Positions 23,739 to 35,301 of a stretch of DNA of 64,000 bases are shown here, one piece after another (within the stretch, counting starts at the first letter, position 1; each line of letters opens with the position of its first letter). The DNA lies in contig CATOSK010000009.1 of assembly GCA_951812535.1 (NCBI GenBank), forward strand, positions 40,436 through 104,435, in the 5' to 3' direction. A program made the position numbers and the translations under genes. A model generated the notes under the pieces. The model did no database searches. It was given only the letters and a program-made list of their open reading frames with translations, and had not been told where the DNA came from. The stretch is from an uncultured Dehalococcoidia bacterium. GTDB lineage: Bacteria; Chloroflexota; Dehalococcoidia; Lucifugimonadales; UBA3495.

Positions 23739-25358
23739 ATGAAAAGCGATTTCTTGATAGCGTTAACCCAGCTCGCAGCCGAACGGCATCTGCCCAAGGA
23801 ACAGGTACTCCAGGCGATTGAAGTCGCCCTGGCTTCTGCGTTCAAGAAGGACAATCCGGCCTCCGGGCAAAACATCTCCGTCAAACTCAACCCCAACACT
23901 GGGGACGTCAACGTATTCGCCCTGAAAACCGTCGTCGACGTCGTCGAGGACGATGAGCGCGAAATCGGCATTCAGGAAGCCCAGGCCATCATGAACGCCG
24001 CGATGGTGGGCGACGAAATCGCCTCCCCCGAACCTCTTCCCCACAACGCCAGCCGGATCGCTGCCCAGACCGCCAAGCAGGTGGTCCTGCAGCGCCTGCG
24101 GGAAGCGGAACGCGACCTCCTCTTCCAGGAGTTCATGCAGCACAAGGATGACGTCGTCTCCGGTGTGGTGGAACAGATCGATCCCGGTCACGTCGTATCC
24201 CTCGACCTCGGACGGGCCCAGGCCATTATCCCCAGGGACGAACAGGTCCCCTCCGAGCGTTACCGCAAGGGACAACGGGTCAAGGTTTACGTGCTCGACG
24301 TCCGGAGCAGCAACAAGGGGCCCGAAATCCTCGTGTCCCGCAGCAACAAGAACCTGCTGAAACGGCTTTTCGAAATCGAGGTCCCGGAGGTCTATAACGG
24401 CGTGGTGGAGATCAAGGCCATTGCCCGCGACGCCGGCTTCCGCAGCAAGGTCGCCGTCAACTCCACGCAGGATGGAATCGACCCCGTCGGCTCCTGCATT
24501 GGCATTCGCGGCAACCGTATCCAGAGCATCGTCAACGAGCTGCAGGGCGAGAAGATCGACGTTGTCGCCTGGGATGCCGACCCCAAGGTCTTCATCGCCA
24601 AGGCCCTCAGCCCGTCGGAAGTCGTCCACGTCGACCTGGCTCCCGAAGAACAGACCGCCACCGTCGTGGTTCCGGACCGCCAGCTGTCCCTGGCCATTGG
24701 CAAAGAAGGCCAGAACGCCCGCTTGGCCGCCCGCCTCGCCGGCTGGAGGCTGGACATCAAGGGTCTCGCCGAGTGGGACGAAATCAAGGAGGCCCGCCAG
24801 AAGGAGCGCGAACAGCGGAACCGCCTCGCCGCACAGCAGGAATCCGAGCGCCGGGCTGCTGAAGCCAAGGCCGCCGTCGCCGCCGCCGAGGCGATAATCG
24901 AGGGGGAGGCCGTCGAGCCCGCCGCACCGGTTGCCGCTGTCGAAACCCCGGTGGAAATTGTCGCGGAACCCGCAGCCGCCGTCGAGGTCGCAACTCCCGC
25001 TGATGCAGCCCCCGTCGAGGTCCTGGATGAAGACGCCCTTCTGGAAGCTCTCATCCAGGAAGAAGAATCATCGGCCGAAACCACGGAAGAAACCGGACCG
25101 GAAATCGGTCTCAGCGTCGACGAATTGGACGCTTTCACCCTGGACGCCATCGTTGACGACGAGGAGGAGGAGGAAGAGGCCGTCGAAGAGGAAGACGGAG
25201 AACTCGTGACGGAACCCCTCGTCCTCACTCCCGACGCCGGCAAGATCCGTTTTGCCGAAGACATCGTTGGTGAACACCGGGGCGGTGGACGCCGCGACCG
25301 CAGAGGCCGGCGCGGTGGAGCCGCCCGGGGCGGAAACCGCCCGGGTCCCAGGCGTTAG
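23739..25358 (+). CDS. nusA: Transcription termination/antitermination factor NusA with a long acidic/Ala-rich extension and an RGG end
   Basis: 539 aa. It has the NusA N-domain (LPKEQVLQAIEVALASAFKK), S1 and two KH domains (GIDPVGSCIGIRGNRIQ, AIGKEGQNARLAA). After residue ~345 come Ala/Glu-rich and DDEEEEEE tracts, and it ends GGGRRDRRGRRGGAARGGNRPGPRR. Confidence 0.93.
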   Translation: MKSDFLIALTQLAAERHLPKEQVLQAIEVALASAFKKDNPASGQNISVKLNPNTGDVNVFALKTVVDVVEDDEREIGIQEAQAIMNAAMVGDEIASPEPLPHNASRIAAQTAKQVVLQRLREAERDLLFQEFMQHKDDVVSGVVEQIDPGHVVSLDLGRAQAIIPRDEQVPSERYRKGQRVKVYVLDVRSSNKGPEILVSRSNKNLLKRLFEIEVPEVYNGVVEIKAIARDAGFRSKVAVNSTQDGIDPVGSCIGIRGNRIQSIVNELQGEKIDVVAWDADPKVFIAKALSPSEVVHVDLAPEEQTATVVVPDRQLSLAIGKEGQNARLAARLAGWRLDIKGLAEWDEIKEARQKEREQRNRLAAQQESERRAAEAKAAVAAAEAIIEGEAVEPAAPVAAVETPVEIVAEPAAAVEVATPADAAPVEVLDEDALLEALIQEEESSAETTEETGPEIGLSVDELDAFTLDAIVDDEEEEEEAVEEEDGELVTEPLVLTPDAGKIRFAEDIVGEHRGGGRRDRRGRRGGAARGGNRPGPRR

Positions 25359-25389
25359 GCCCCGGTTTCAGTGGCGGAGGCAAACCGCA

Positions 25390-25707
25390 GTGCCTCGGCA
25401 AAAGCATCAGCCGGAACGCCGTTGCGCCGGCTGCGGCAAGAGGCTTCCCAAAACCGGCCTGGTTAGATTGGTCAGGACCCCGGAAGGTTCCGTGCAGCCT
25501 GATCCCTCGGGCCGGGCTCGTGGCAGGGGAACCTACCTTTGCGCGGACGCTTCCTGTTGGCAGGCCGGGCTGGAACGCGGGGGCCTGGAACGCAGCCTCC
25601 GGTCGCCGGTGTCCGCCGCCGACAAGGAATCCCTTGCTGAATACTTCTCCACCATGTTCGGCCAGGCCACGGCAACTCAACACCCTGGACCTCCGGAGGC
25701 GAATTAA
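25390..25707 (+). CDS. ylxR: YlxR/DUF448 family RNA-binding protein
   Basis: RRCAGCGKRLPKTGLVRLV...GRGTYLC is the DUF448 signature. The start was placed at in-frame GTG 25390, because the ORF-track start 25252 overlaps nusA. The start is uncertain. Confidence 0.75.
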   Translation: MPRQKHQPERRCAGCGKRLPKTGLVRLVRTPEGSVQPDPSGRARGRGTYLCADASCWQAGLERGGLERSLRSPVSAADKESLAEYFSTMFGQATATQHPGPPEAN

Positions 25708-27534
25708 ATGACTTCTGACCTACGCAGAAATCCCGCAGAAACGCGGACCAACGCCCCCCGGGGAGCACGGGAAGGACGTCGCGGCCCATCCCGCGTCCTC
25801 GTCCTCCCCCAGACCCTCACTGTCAAGCAGCTGGCCGACCTCATCGACCAGAGCCATATCGACGTCATCAAGCAGCTCATGCGTAACGGCATCATGGCAG
25901 CGACGAACCAGGTGATCGATCACGAGGTCGCCACACTGGTCACCTCGGCTTTCGGGATCCGCACTCGCGTCGCTGAACAGTCCGAGTCCGGCAAGCATCT
26001 TTCTACCAACGTCCACGACGACGCCGACAGTATGCTGACTCGGCCGCCGGTGGTCACCATCCTCGGCCATGTTGACCACGGCAAAACCAGCCTCCTCGAC
26101 GCCATACGGCAGGCCCACGTGGCCGATGGGGAAGCTGGCGGTATCACCCAGCACATCGGAGCGTATCAGATAGGCCGGGAGGAGGGCCAGAAGATCACCT
26201 TCCTGGACACTCCAGGGCACGAAGCCTTTACCAGCATCCGGTCCCGGGGCGCCCGAGTCACCGACATCGCCGTGCTTGTGGTTGCCGCCGACGACGGCAT
26301 CATGCCCCAGACCATTGAGGCCATCAACCACGCCAACGCGGCCCAGGTCCCAATGATCGTTGCCATCAACAAGATGGACCTGCCCGGCGCCGACCCCGAG
26401 CGGGTCAAGCGCCAGCTCAGCGAGCAAAACCTGCTCGTGGAGGATTGGGGCGGCGACATCATTTCCGTGGACGTTTCCGCCCGCACTGGTGACGGCCTTG
26501 ACGACCTGCTGGAGAACATCCAGATTTTGGCCGAAGTCTCCGAGCTGAAAGCCAACCCCGGCCGTCCCGCCTCGGGCGTCATCATCGAGACCAAGCTCGA
26601 CCGCCGGCGGGGTCCAACCACCACCCTTCTGGTTCAAAGCGGCACCCTCCGGGTTGGTGACCATGTCGTGGCCGGCAATGTTTGGGGACGCATTCGCGCC
26701 ATGAACAACGACCTCGGGGAACAGGCCAGGGAAATCGGCCCGTCCCAGCCCGGTGAGGTGTTGGGGTTCAGCGTCCTGCCTACGGCGGGAGACTTGTTCA
26801 CCGTTGTCGCCACCGAGCGCGAAGCCCGCAACGCTTCCTCCGAGCGGGAACGGGCCAGCACCGCCCAGTCGCAGGCTCGAGCCTTGACCCTGGACGAAGT
26901 GGTCAAGCAGATCGATGCCGGTGACGTCAAGGAACTCAATCTGGTCCTGAAGGCCGACGTTCAGGGCAGTGCTGAAGCCGTTCGGCATTCTCTTGAGCAA
27001 TTGACCGAAGATGATGCCAAGGTCCGCATCCTCCACTCAGGGGTTGGCGCTGTCACCGAATCCGATGTGCTCCTCGCCAGCGCTTCATCGGCCATCGTCA
27101 TAGGATTCAACGTGGCTTCCGACGCGGTGGTCGAGCGCGCCGCCGAGCGCGCCGGCGTAGAGCTGCGCCACTACAACATCATCTACCGGCTAATTGAAGA
27201 TATCGAAAAAGCCCTCCACGGAATGTTGGAGCCGCAGTACACCGACGTCACCCTCGGCCGCGCCGAAGTCCGCGAGATATTCCCCTCCCGCCGGGGGGTA
27301 CAGATCGCGGGCTGCCGCGTCCTGGACGGCCGTGTTTCCCGCAACGCCGCGGTTCGTGTCCTCCGGGATGGCCAGACCGTCGCCGAAGGGACCATCGGCA
27401 GCCTCCGCCATTTCCGCGACGAGGTCAACGATGTGAACGCCGGCACCGAGTGCGGCATCTTGCTCCCGGGCTTCAATGACTACGAGGAAGGAGACATTAT
27501 CGAAACCCACCGCGAGGAAAGGGCCCGCGGTTAG
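25708..27534 (+). CDS. infB: Translation initiation factor IF-2
   Basis: 608 aa. The G-domain reads [32 protein letters not shown], and the C-terminal IF-2 domains are present. The N-terminal region is short. Confidence 0.95.
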   Translation: MTSDLRRNPAETRTNAPRGAREGRRGPSRVLVLPQTLTVKQLADLIDQSHIDVIKQLMRNGIMAATNQVIDHEVATLVTSAFGIRTRVAEQSESGKHLSTNVHDDADSMLTRPPVVTILGHVDHGKTSLLDAIRQAHVADGEAGGITQHIGAYQIGREEGQKITFLDTPGHEAFTSIRSRGARVTDIAVLVVAADDGIMPQTIEAINHANAAQVPMIVAINKMDLPGADPERVKRQLSEQNLLVEDWGGDIISVDVSARTGDGLDDLLENIQILAEVSELKANPGRPASGVIIETKLDRRRGPTTTLLVQSGTLRVGDHVVAGNVWGRIRAMNNDLGEQAREIGPSQPGEVLGFSVLPTAGDLFTVVATEREARNASSERERASTAQSQARALTLDEVVKQIDAGDVKELNLVLKADVQGSAEAVRHSLEQLTEDDAKVRILHSGVGAVTESDVLLASASSAIVIGFNVASDAVVERAAERAGVELRHYNIIYRLIEDIEKALHGMLEPQYTDVTLGRAEVREIFPSRRGVQIAGCRVLDGRVSRNAAVRVLRDGQTVAEGTIGSLRHFRDEVNDVNAGTECGILLPGFNDYEEGDIIETHREERARG

Positions 27535-27575
27535 TCCCGCCCCTGTTCCGGAATCCTGTCTTTCGGGGGTTTCCC

Positions 27576-27986
27576 ATGTCCCGAAGAGTCGACCGCGTAA
27601 ACGGCCTGTTGCGCCAGGAGTTGAGCCTTCTCCTCGCCCGGCAGACCAAGGACCCGCGCATCAACGGAGTTATATCCATAACCCAGGTCCAGACTTCGCC
27701 GGACCTCCGCAATGCCCGCGTTTACGTCAGCGTGTTCGGCGACGATGCAGCCAAGCGGGAAGCGCTGGCAGGGATCGAATCCGCCGCCACCTTCCTCAGG
27801 CATGAGCTCCGCGACCGCCTCTCCCTGCGTTATGTCCCGTTTATGAAATTTGAGCTCGACCAGTCCATGGAAGATGCCGCCGCCCTGCTAAAGGTAATGG
27901 ACCAGTTGAAATCGGAACCGGATGACTCCCTGCATCCTTCCAGCGATGACAAGACCCCCCCGTTGCGGCCAATCCGGCGTCCCTGA
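27576..27986 (+). CDS. rbfA: Ribosome-binding factor A
   Basis: RVDRVNGLLRQELSLLL...DPRI..VSIT.V..SPDLRNARVY fits RbfA, with a C-terminal extension. Confidence 0.9.
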   Translation: MSRRVDRVNGLLRQELSLLLARQTKDPRINGVISITQVQTSPDLRNARVYVSVFGDDAAKREALAGIESAATFLRHELRDRLSLRYVPFMKFELDQSMEDAAALLKVMDQLKSEPDDSLHPSSDDKTPPLRPIRRP

Positions 27987-27994
27987 CTTGGATC

Positions 27995-28969
27995 ATGCCC
28001 CAGCCTTCCAGAAAGTCGGCCCCGGGCCACACCGGGTTCCTCAACTTCAACAAGCCCATCGGCATAACATCCATGGATGCTTTGCGGCGGATCAAGGCTC
28101 TCACCGGCCAGCGCCGGAAGGTGGGACACGCCGGCACCATGGACCCCCTGGCCCAGGGAGTCCTCCCCATCTGTTTTGGCCAGGCCACCCGCCTTATGGA
28201 GCACGCCCTGAGCGGCACCAAGCGCTACCGGGTGGATCTGAAGCTCGGGGAGACCACCGCAACCTACGACGCCGAGGCCGAACCCGTATTCTCCGGTGAC
28301 CCTTCGGGAATCACCGCGGATCTGGTGGAAGCAGCCCTCCCCCAGTTCATCGGATTGGTCCAGCAGACCCCGCCCATGTACAGCGCGGTCAAGATCAACG
28401 GCCAGCGCTTGTACAAGCTGGCCCGGTCCGGTATTGAGGTGGAGCGGCAACCCCGTGACGTTGATATCTTCGACATAGGACTCGCCCGGTTCGACCTCCC
28501 CTGCCTGACATTGGAAGTCGAATGCGGCCGCGGCGTCTACATGCGTTCCCTGGCCCACGATCTGGGGGCTGCTCTGGGCTGCGGCGCTTACGTCACCGGC
28601 CTGGTCAGGTCCTACAGCGGCGGGTTCCCCATCGAAGAATCGATTACCCTGGAGGAATTGGAAGCGTGCACCTCCGAGGGACCAACGGACTGGCTCCGGC
28701 ACCTACACCCGGTCGACGCCATGCTCCGGGACCTGCGCAGCTTCACCGTCCCGGCTGCCGCGGAAACACTGCTCAAGAACGGACAACCCGTCGGGATTGG
28801 CAACTTCGCCCGGGACGCTTCCTATTTCGAGCAGTTCCGGCTGTACAGTCCCGATGGCCGCTTCCTCGCCCTTGCCCGCTGCGACCTGCCCGCCAATGTG
28901 TGGAGGCCAATCAAGGTCTTCGACCTCGATACCCCATCACCCTACGCCCCCGTTGGACGCGCCACTTGA
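27995..28969 (+). CDS. truB: tRNA pseudouridine(55) synthase TruB
   Basis: GFLNFNKPIGITSMD, HAGTMDPLAQGVLPI (catalytic Asp), QTPPMYSAVK and a C-terminal PUA-like region are present. Confidence 0.93.
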   Translation: MPQPSRKSAPGHTGFLNFNKPIGITSMDALRRIKALTGQRRKVGHAGTMDPLAQGVLPICFGQATRLMEHALSGTKRYRVDLKLGETTATYDAEAEPVFSGDPSGITADLVEAALPQFIGLVQQTPPMYSAVKINGQRLYKLARSGIEVERQPRDVDIFDIGLARFDLPCLTLEVECGRGVYMRSLAHDLGAALGCGAYVTGLVRSYSGGFPIEESITLEELEACTSEGPTDWLRHLHPVDAMLRDLRSFTVPAAAETLLKNGQPVGIGNFARDASYFEQFRLYSPDGRFLALARCDLPANVWRPIKVFDLDTPSPYAPVGRAT

Positions 28970-29136
28970 CGCCAACTCCAAGCGAACCGCCTCGGTCCCA
29001 ACGGCCTTCATGCGTCCGGTGCTCCAGGGATTTGCCGCTTCGGGGCGCCTACTCTTTCAAACCCGTCCCCTCAGCCTCCGGCGCGGCCCCGTCTCCCGTC
29101 GCCAAGTGCTTCCGGTGCGCCCTGCTGCACCGCCCG

Positions 29137-29316
29137 ATGCTCCGGCGTTCCCTGGCTGCCGCGGTGGTCGTCGGAACCGTCCTCACCGCCCTCAACCAGG
29201 GGGACAATTTGTTGTCAGGCCGGTGGGACGCCGCCCTCTACTGGAAAATCCCCCTCACCTACTGCGTTCCCTTCATCGTAGCCACCTACGGCGCCCTGAC
29301 CAACAGCCGCCAATAA
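29137..29316 (+). CDS. Small two-TM protein, NrtS-like (putative nitrate/nitrite transporter family)
   Basis: 59 aa: MLRRSLAAAVVVGTVLTALNQGDNLLSG...KIPLTYCVPFIVATYGAL. The pattern VVG..L..INQGD / PF.V resembles NrtS-family proteins. The start may lie further upstream. Confidence 0.45.
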   Translation: MLRRSLAAAVVVGTVLTALNQGDNLLSGRWDAALYWKIPLTYCVPFIVATYGALTNSRQ

Positions 29317-29384
29317 GAGGGCCAATCCCTGCCATGACCCGTGCTCTCCATGCTCGGGCGTGGCTTCCTCCCTGCTCCGGCGGG

Positions 29385-30035
29385 TCAGAACTTCCGCATC
29401 ACGCTGACCACCCGCCCCTTGATCTCCACGTTCGTTGCGTCACAGTAGATCGGCTCCATCGTCGAGTTGGCCGGCTGGAGCCGCACCCGGTCTCCCTCGA
29501 GGTAGAACTTCTTCAGCGTCGCTTCCTCGGCATCCTTGACCCACGCCACCACCATCTCGCCGTTTTCGGCCTGCTGGCACGGTTCGACAACCACCACGTC
29601 CCCGTCGTCGACCAGGGCATCGATCATCGAAGTCCCCTCTACGGACAGGGCGAACAATCCCCGATGCCGCCGTGCCAGGTCCTGGGATACCTCGATCGTG
29701 TCGAAGTCGTTGTTGGACGCCGCGCCTTCCGTGGAAAAAACCGGGAGCGGCATTCCGGCGGCGATGGGCCCCAGGATGGCCACCCTTGGCGTATTCGAGA
29801 CCGGGTTACCCTGTTCGTCCAGCAACTCTATCCCCCGGGCTACGTCGGGCCTCCGGTTCAGGTACCCTTCCCGGTCCAGCAGCCTCAGGTTGTAGTCCAC
29901 CACCGATGTCGAGCTGATCTCGCAGGCCGCTTGTATGTCCCGCACTGTGGGAGGGATCCCGTTTTCCTGCATGAACCCCTGGATGAACTCGAGGATCCGC
30001 TGTCCCCTGGCTGAAATCTTCTTCCTGCTGGTCAT
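29385..30035 (-). CDS. lexA: LexA repressor
   Basis: 216 aa. It has an N-terminal wHTH (PPTVRDI...SSTSVVDYNLRLLDREGYL), the cleavage site AAG, and the S24 peptidase Ser/Lys (GTSMIDA...VAWVKD). Confidence 0.93.
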   Translation of the reverse strand: MTSRKKISARGQRILEFIQGFMQENGIPPTVRDIQAACEISSTSVVDYNLRLLDREGYLNRRPDVARGIELLDEQGNPVSNTPRVAILGPIAAGMPLPVFSTEGAASNNDFDTIEVSQDLARRHRGLFALSVEGTSMIDALVDDGDVVVVEPCQQAENGEMVVAWVKDAEEATLKKFYLEGDRVRLQPANSTMEPIYCDATNVEIKGRVVSVMRKF

Positions 30036-30045
30036 GTCTCAACCC

Positions 30046-30059
30046 CAAACTTATGTTCT
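30046..30059. promoter_or_regulatory. Candidate LexA (Cheo-type) operator upstream of lexA
   Basis: caAACttatGTTCt has one mismatch to GAAC-N4-GTTC and lies 11-24 bp upstream of the lexA start codon. The LexA motif of this lineage is not known to me. Confidence 0.3.
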
Positions 30060-30137
30060 GTAAGGGAGGCTACCAACCCCGCTCCGCCCTGTCAACCTCC
30101 CTCTGTCATTGCCTCTCCCGCCATTGCCCTCAAATGG

Positions 30138-30164
30138 AAAAAGCCCGCCTCCATTGGGCAGGCT
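30138..30164 (-). terminator. Intrinsic terminator of rpsT
   Basis: On the minus strand: agccugcc-caaugga-ggcgggcu (8 bp including one G-U) followed by uuuuu. It is ~60 nt after the rpsT stop. Confidence 0.65.
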
Positions 30165-30223
30165 TTGATGAACGTCTTGGTTGCTGGTTCTGTTTGGAGA
30201 GAACGGCGCCGGGACGCCGGGCG

Positions 30224-30484
30224 CTACCCCTTCCCGGCCATCTCGTTGAGCCGGGCGGCCAGCCGCGATTTGCTGCGGGATGCGTTGTTCTTATGGAGAA
30301 TGCCCTTCTGGACAGCCTTGTCCAGCGTGCTCGATGCGGCCCGGACCGCCCTTTCCGCCGCCTCCACGTCGTCGCCGGCCATGGCCCGTTTCGCTCCACT
30401 CACCGACGTGCGGGTCGCTCGCCGGTGGCTGTGGTTCCTCTGGTAACGCTTCACTTGTTTCCGTGCGGTCTTGCGGGCCGGCAA
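30224..30484 (-). CDS. rpsT: 30S ribosomal protein bS20
   Basis: 86 aa, basic. ARKQVKRYQRN...R...S...TL.KAVQKGILHKNNASR.KSRLA is the bS20 pattern. Confidence 0.93.
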   Translation of the reverse strand: MPARKTARKQVKRYQRNHSHRRATRTSVSGAKRAMAGDDVEAAERAVRAASSTLDKAVQKGILHKNNASRSKSRLAARLNEMAGKG

Positions 30485-30609
30485 TGGTCCCTCCCTGTTC
30501 TTCTCGCGTCTTTCCCTTGGCTGAGGGCGTTATTATAGCCCAATCCCGGCCCCATTCCAACTTACGGGGAGTGTTCCTTTCGGAATTCTGCCGGGCGGTT
30601 CGCCCCCGC

Positions 30610-32643
<2,034 letters not shown>

Positions 32644-32739
32644 TTAACATATAATAATTATAGCAGAAAACGAGGCAGAACGCCCCGTTTTTCCCGCCCA
32701 ATCCCAGCTTGTTTCGTGCTCACTTGCCTCTTGGGGACT

Positions 32740-33189
32740 TCAGGAACCGACCCCCTTCAGCCCCTCCGGTCCAGGGTAGTAATACCGCCCCGTTGTCAGG
32801 CTGTCCAACGCATACTTCACCGGATCAAAAAGCGGCTCCGGCGGCCGGTGTATCTCGAACCAGCCCTGCTCGGAAAAACTATCCGGTTCCGCCAGCCGGG
32901 GCTCCTGGTCCCCTATGTCTCCCAGGAACTCCACGTCAACGTAATGCTTGCCGTAGGAAATGATATTGCTGACGCACAGGAAGATGAGGTTGCCCACCTC
33001 CAGCCCCAGCTCCTCCCTGGCCTCCCGCCGGGCGCAATCCTCCAGCGACTCCCCCTGCTCCAGGTGACCGCCGGCCGAGGCCCAGGTCGCCTCGCCGTGG
33101 GAACCCTGCCGCCGCGCCAGGAAAATCCTCCCCCGGCGCACGAACACCACCCCAACCCCCACCAGCGGCCTTCCCTGCTCGTCGCTCAT
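32740..33189 (-). CDS. NUDIX hydrolase
   Basis: The start is at ATG 33189. The Nudix box reads GGHLEQGESLEDCARREAREELGLEV. The ORF-track N-terminal extension was rejected. Confidence 0.85.
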   Translation of the reverse strand: MSDEQGRPLVGVGVVFVRRGRIFLARRQGSHGEATWASAGGHLEQGESLEDCARREAREELGLEVGNLIFLCVSNIISYGKHYVDVEFLGDIGDQEPRLAEPDSFSEQGWFEIHRPPEPLFDPVKYALDSLTTGRYYYPGPEGLKGVGS

Positions 33190-33233
33190 GCCGCCGAGTA
33201 TAGCACCCTCGATCCTCCCGCCGGGATAGTCAT

Positions 33234-33261
33234 CCACTGACACTTCGCCACTGACACTTCG
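33234..33261 (+). repeat. Perfect tandem duplication, 2 x 14 bp
   Basis: ccactgacacttcg ccactgacacttcg, 45 bp upstream of the NUDIX start. Confidence 0.9.
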
Positions 33262-33352
33262 CGCTTTCTGAATCCGGCCATCATCCGGTAAGTTAATGCC
33301 GGGAAGCATCGGAGGACACCATGGTCCGGCCCAAATGCAAAGAGGACACAAA

Positions 33353-33607
33353 ATGGCAGAGTGGCAGACCGTGGCTGGCATAGCCGTGACCTTGACGGCC
33401 ATTTTGGGGCTGTCCGGTGCCTGGAGTTTCTGGTTGATCCGCACCTTCGCGCAGCATTTGACGGAGCGCATGGACCGCAACTACCGGAACTTGGAGGAAC
33501 GCATGGACCGCAATCACCGGGAGTTGCTGGCCTACCTGCAGGGCCAGGCCCGCGCCGACGGCAGCCCGCCGGTGTTCCACCAACTCCCGGACGCTTCGGC
33601 TGACTAA
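33353..33607 (+). CDS. Hypothetical small membrane-anchored protein with an internal 11-aa repeat
   Basis: 84 aa from ATG 33353 (agagga upstream). It has one N-terminal TM helix (VAGIAVTLTAILGLSGAWSFWLI), then ERMDRNYRNLE/ERMDRNHRELL encoded by a 2 x 33-bp tandem repeat (33464-33529). Coding status is unproven. Confidence 0.4.
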   Translation: MAEWQTVAGIAVTLTAILGLSGAWSFWLIRTFAQHLTERMDRNYRNLEERMDRNHRELLAYLQGQARADGSPPVFHQLPDASAD

Positions 33608-33615
33608 GAAACTCT

Positions 33616-33649
33616 CTCAAAACGCACACTCCCTCAAAACGCACACTCC
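33616..33649 (+). repeat. Perfect tandem duplication, 2 x 17 bp
   Basis: ctcaaaacgcacactcc ctcaaaacgcacactcc. Confidence 0.9.
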
Positions 33650-33680
33650 GAAACCAGAAACCCGCGAAAGGGGAACGACC

Positions 33681-33733
33681 GGGGTCTGGATTCCCGCCCC
33701 CGCCTATGCGGGGGCAGGCTCTGCGCGGGAAGG
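33681..33733 (+). repeat. GC-rich repeat family R2
   Basis: ggggtctggattcccgcccccgcctatgcgggggcaggctctgcgcgggaagg contains the hairpin cccccgcc-tat-gcggggg. It matches 20721-20778 (inverted) and 40160-40196 (partial). Confidence 0.8.
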
Positions 33734-33964
33734 ACGGGAGGGAAACGTGGGGATCCCCGGCTACGCTCACTTGTTTTGAGATAGTTACTATGGGAATCCG
33801 TTATGGACCGCAGGGACAAGCGAGTGCTGGCAGAATGTAGCAAGAAGCGGCAGAAGTTGTCCGTCCACGACTCTCCCCTTGGCAACCCGGGAAAATCGGA
33901 CAAACCTGCGACAAAATCCGGCATCCAGGGGTCTACCGGTGACAAGATAACACCCCATCCCACG

Positions 33965-33998
33965 CTGAAATGTCCTGAAATGTCGTGTTTTGTCGCCC
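33965..33998 (+). repeat. 10-bp phased short-repeat array (GAAATG-initiated), copy 2
   Basis: ctgaaatgtcc tgaaatgtcg tgttttgtcgccc: TGTCCT, TGTCGT and TGTCGC at 33971, 33981 and 33991. Confidence 0.75.
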
Positions 33999-34189
33999 TT
34001 CCCAGATTCCCGCGACTTTCCGCCTGCCACACCGATTGCTTCTGCGGGCCCACTACCCTTCCGTCAGCCCTGTCCTCGCCTTGAAGCCATTCCGGCCACC
34101 GTGCTAGACTGCCGCTGGGAAACCCCACTTGGGAAAGCCCTCTCCGCGCCGTCAACTCCCTGCCCCATCCTATATCTCAGGAACGCAAC

Positions 34190-35251
34190 ATGGTTTCGCC
34201 CGCCGCTTCCCCAGCCACCGGCCAGTCCTCGGGACAAAAGGGTGTAATCCTCTCCGGTATGCGCCCCACCGGGCGCCTGCACCTGGGGAATTACTTTGGC
34301 GCCCTCCAGAACTGGGTTGACCTGCAGGAAGACTACCGCTGCATCTACACCGTCGTGGACGTCCACGCCCTTACCACCGTCGAGACCCCCCAGGACGTCG
34401 CCGACATCCAGCCCAACATCTCCGAGATGGTCATGGACTGGCTCGCTGCCGGCGTCGACCCGGAACGCTGCACCATATTCGTCCAGTCCCAGGTGCCCGA
34501 GGTCCTGTCCCTCCACACCCTCCTCAGCATGGTCACGCCCCTCGGTTGGCTGCTCCGCGTCCCCACCTTCAAGGACAAGGTCCGCCAGATGGATGAGACC
34601 GAGGAGACGGTCAACTACGGCCTCGTCGGTTATCCCGTGCTCCAGACCGCCGACATCATCCTGTACAAGGCCGACACCGTACCCGTCGGCCAGGACCAGC
34701 TTCCCCACCTGGAGTTGGCCCGGGAGATCGTCCGACGCTTCAACCACCGGTTCGGCGACACGTTCCCCGAACCCCAGGCCAAGCTGACCGAAGTCCCCCT
34801 CATCGTCGGCTTGGACGGCCAGTCCAAGATGAGCAAGTCCCTCGACAACCACATCGACCTGGCCTCAACGCCGGATGAGACCTCCCAGCGCGTCCTCACC
34901 GCCTTCACCGACCCCCAGCGCACCACCCGCAACATCCCCGGCCGGCCCGAGGTCTGCAACGTCTACTCCCTGCATTGCACCTTTTCCGACCCCGCCGACA
35001 CCAATACCGTTTACGACGAATGCACCTCGGCGGCCCGCGGTTGCGTTGACTGCAAACGGCACCTGGCCGCCAGCGTCAACACCTTCCTCGAGCCCCTGCG
35101 CGAGCGCCGCCGGGAGTTCGAGCAGCGTCCCGATTACGTCAAGGATGTCCTGAACGAAGGCGGCAAGCGGGCCCGTTCCATTGCCCGGCAAACCCTCGAC
35201 GAAGTCTTCGAAAAGATGGGCCTCGGCTCCTACGTCGACGCCCGACCCTGA
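34190..35251 (+). CDS. trpS: Tryptophan--tRNA ligase
   Basis: 353 aa. It has the class I motifs SGMRPTGRLHLGNYFG (HIGH-like) and KMSKS, plus the GYPVLQTADI block. Confidence 0.93.
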   Translation: MVSPAASPATGQSSGQKGVILSGMRPTGRLHLGNYFGALQNWVDLQEDYRCIYTVVDVHALTTVETPQDVADIQPNISEMVMDWLAAGVDPERCTIFVQSQVPEVLSLHTLLSMVTPLGWLLRVPTFKDKVRQMDETEETVNYGLVGYPVLQTADIILYKADTVPVGQDQLPHLELAREIVRRFNHRFGDTFPEPQAKLTEVPLIVGLDGQSKMSKSLDNHIDLASTPDETSQRVLTAFTDPQRTTRNIPGRPEVCNVYSLHCTFSDPADTNTVYDECTSAARGCVDCKRHLAASVNTFLEPLRERRREFEQRPDYVKDVLNEGGKRARSIARQTLDEVFEKMGLGSYVDARP

Positions 35252-35301
35252 CCATCCGGTAGCATCCGCCCATACCTCAACCTGTCCCAAAGGCGCCGCC
35301 G

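Noticed and set aside
28522-29316. A 264-aa ORF overlapping the 3' half of truB.
   Set aside because: It is out of frame with a confidently identified truB and is Arg/Pro-rich. Only its last 59 codons (29137-29316), downstream of truB, look like a real two-TM NrtS-like small protein.
33608-34189. A T-box riboswitch upstream of trpS.
   Set aside because: I could not find the T-box sequence (AANNNGGGUGGNACCGCG-like), a specifier-loop architecture or a terminator/antiterminator pair. The region is instead filled with dispersed repeats. An Rfam scan would be decisive.
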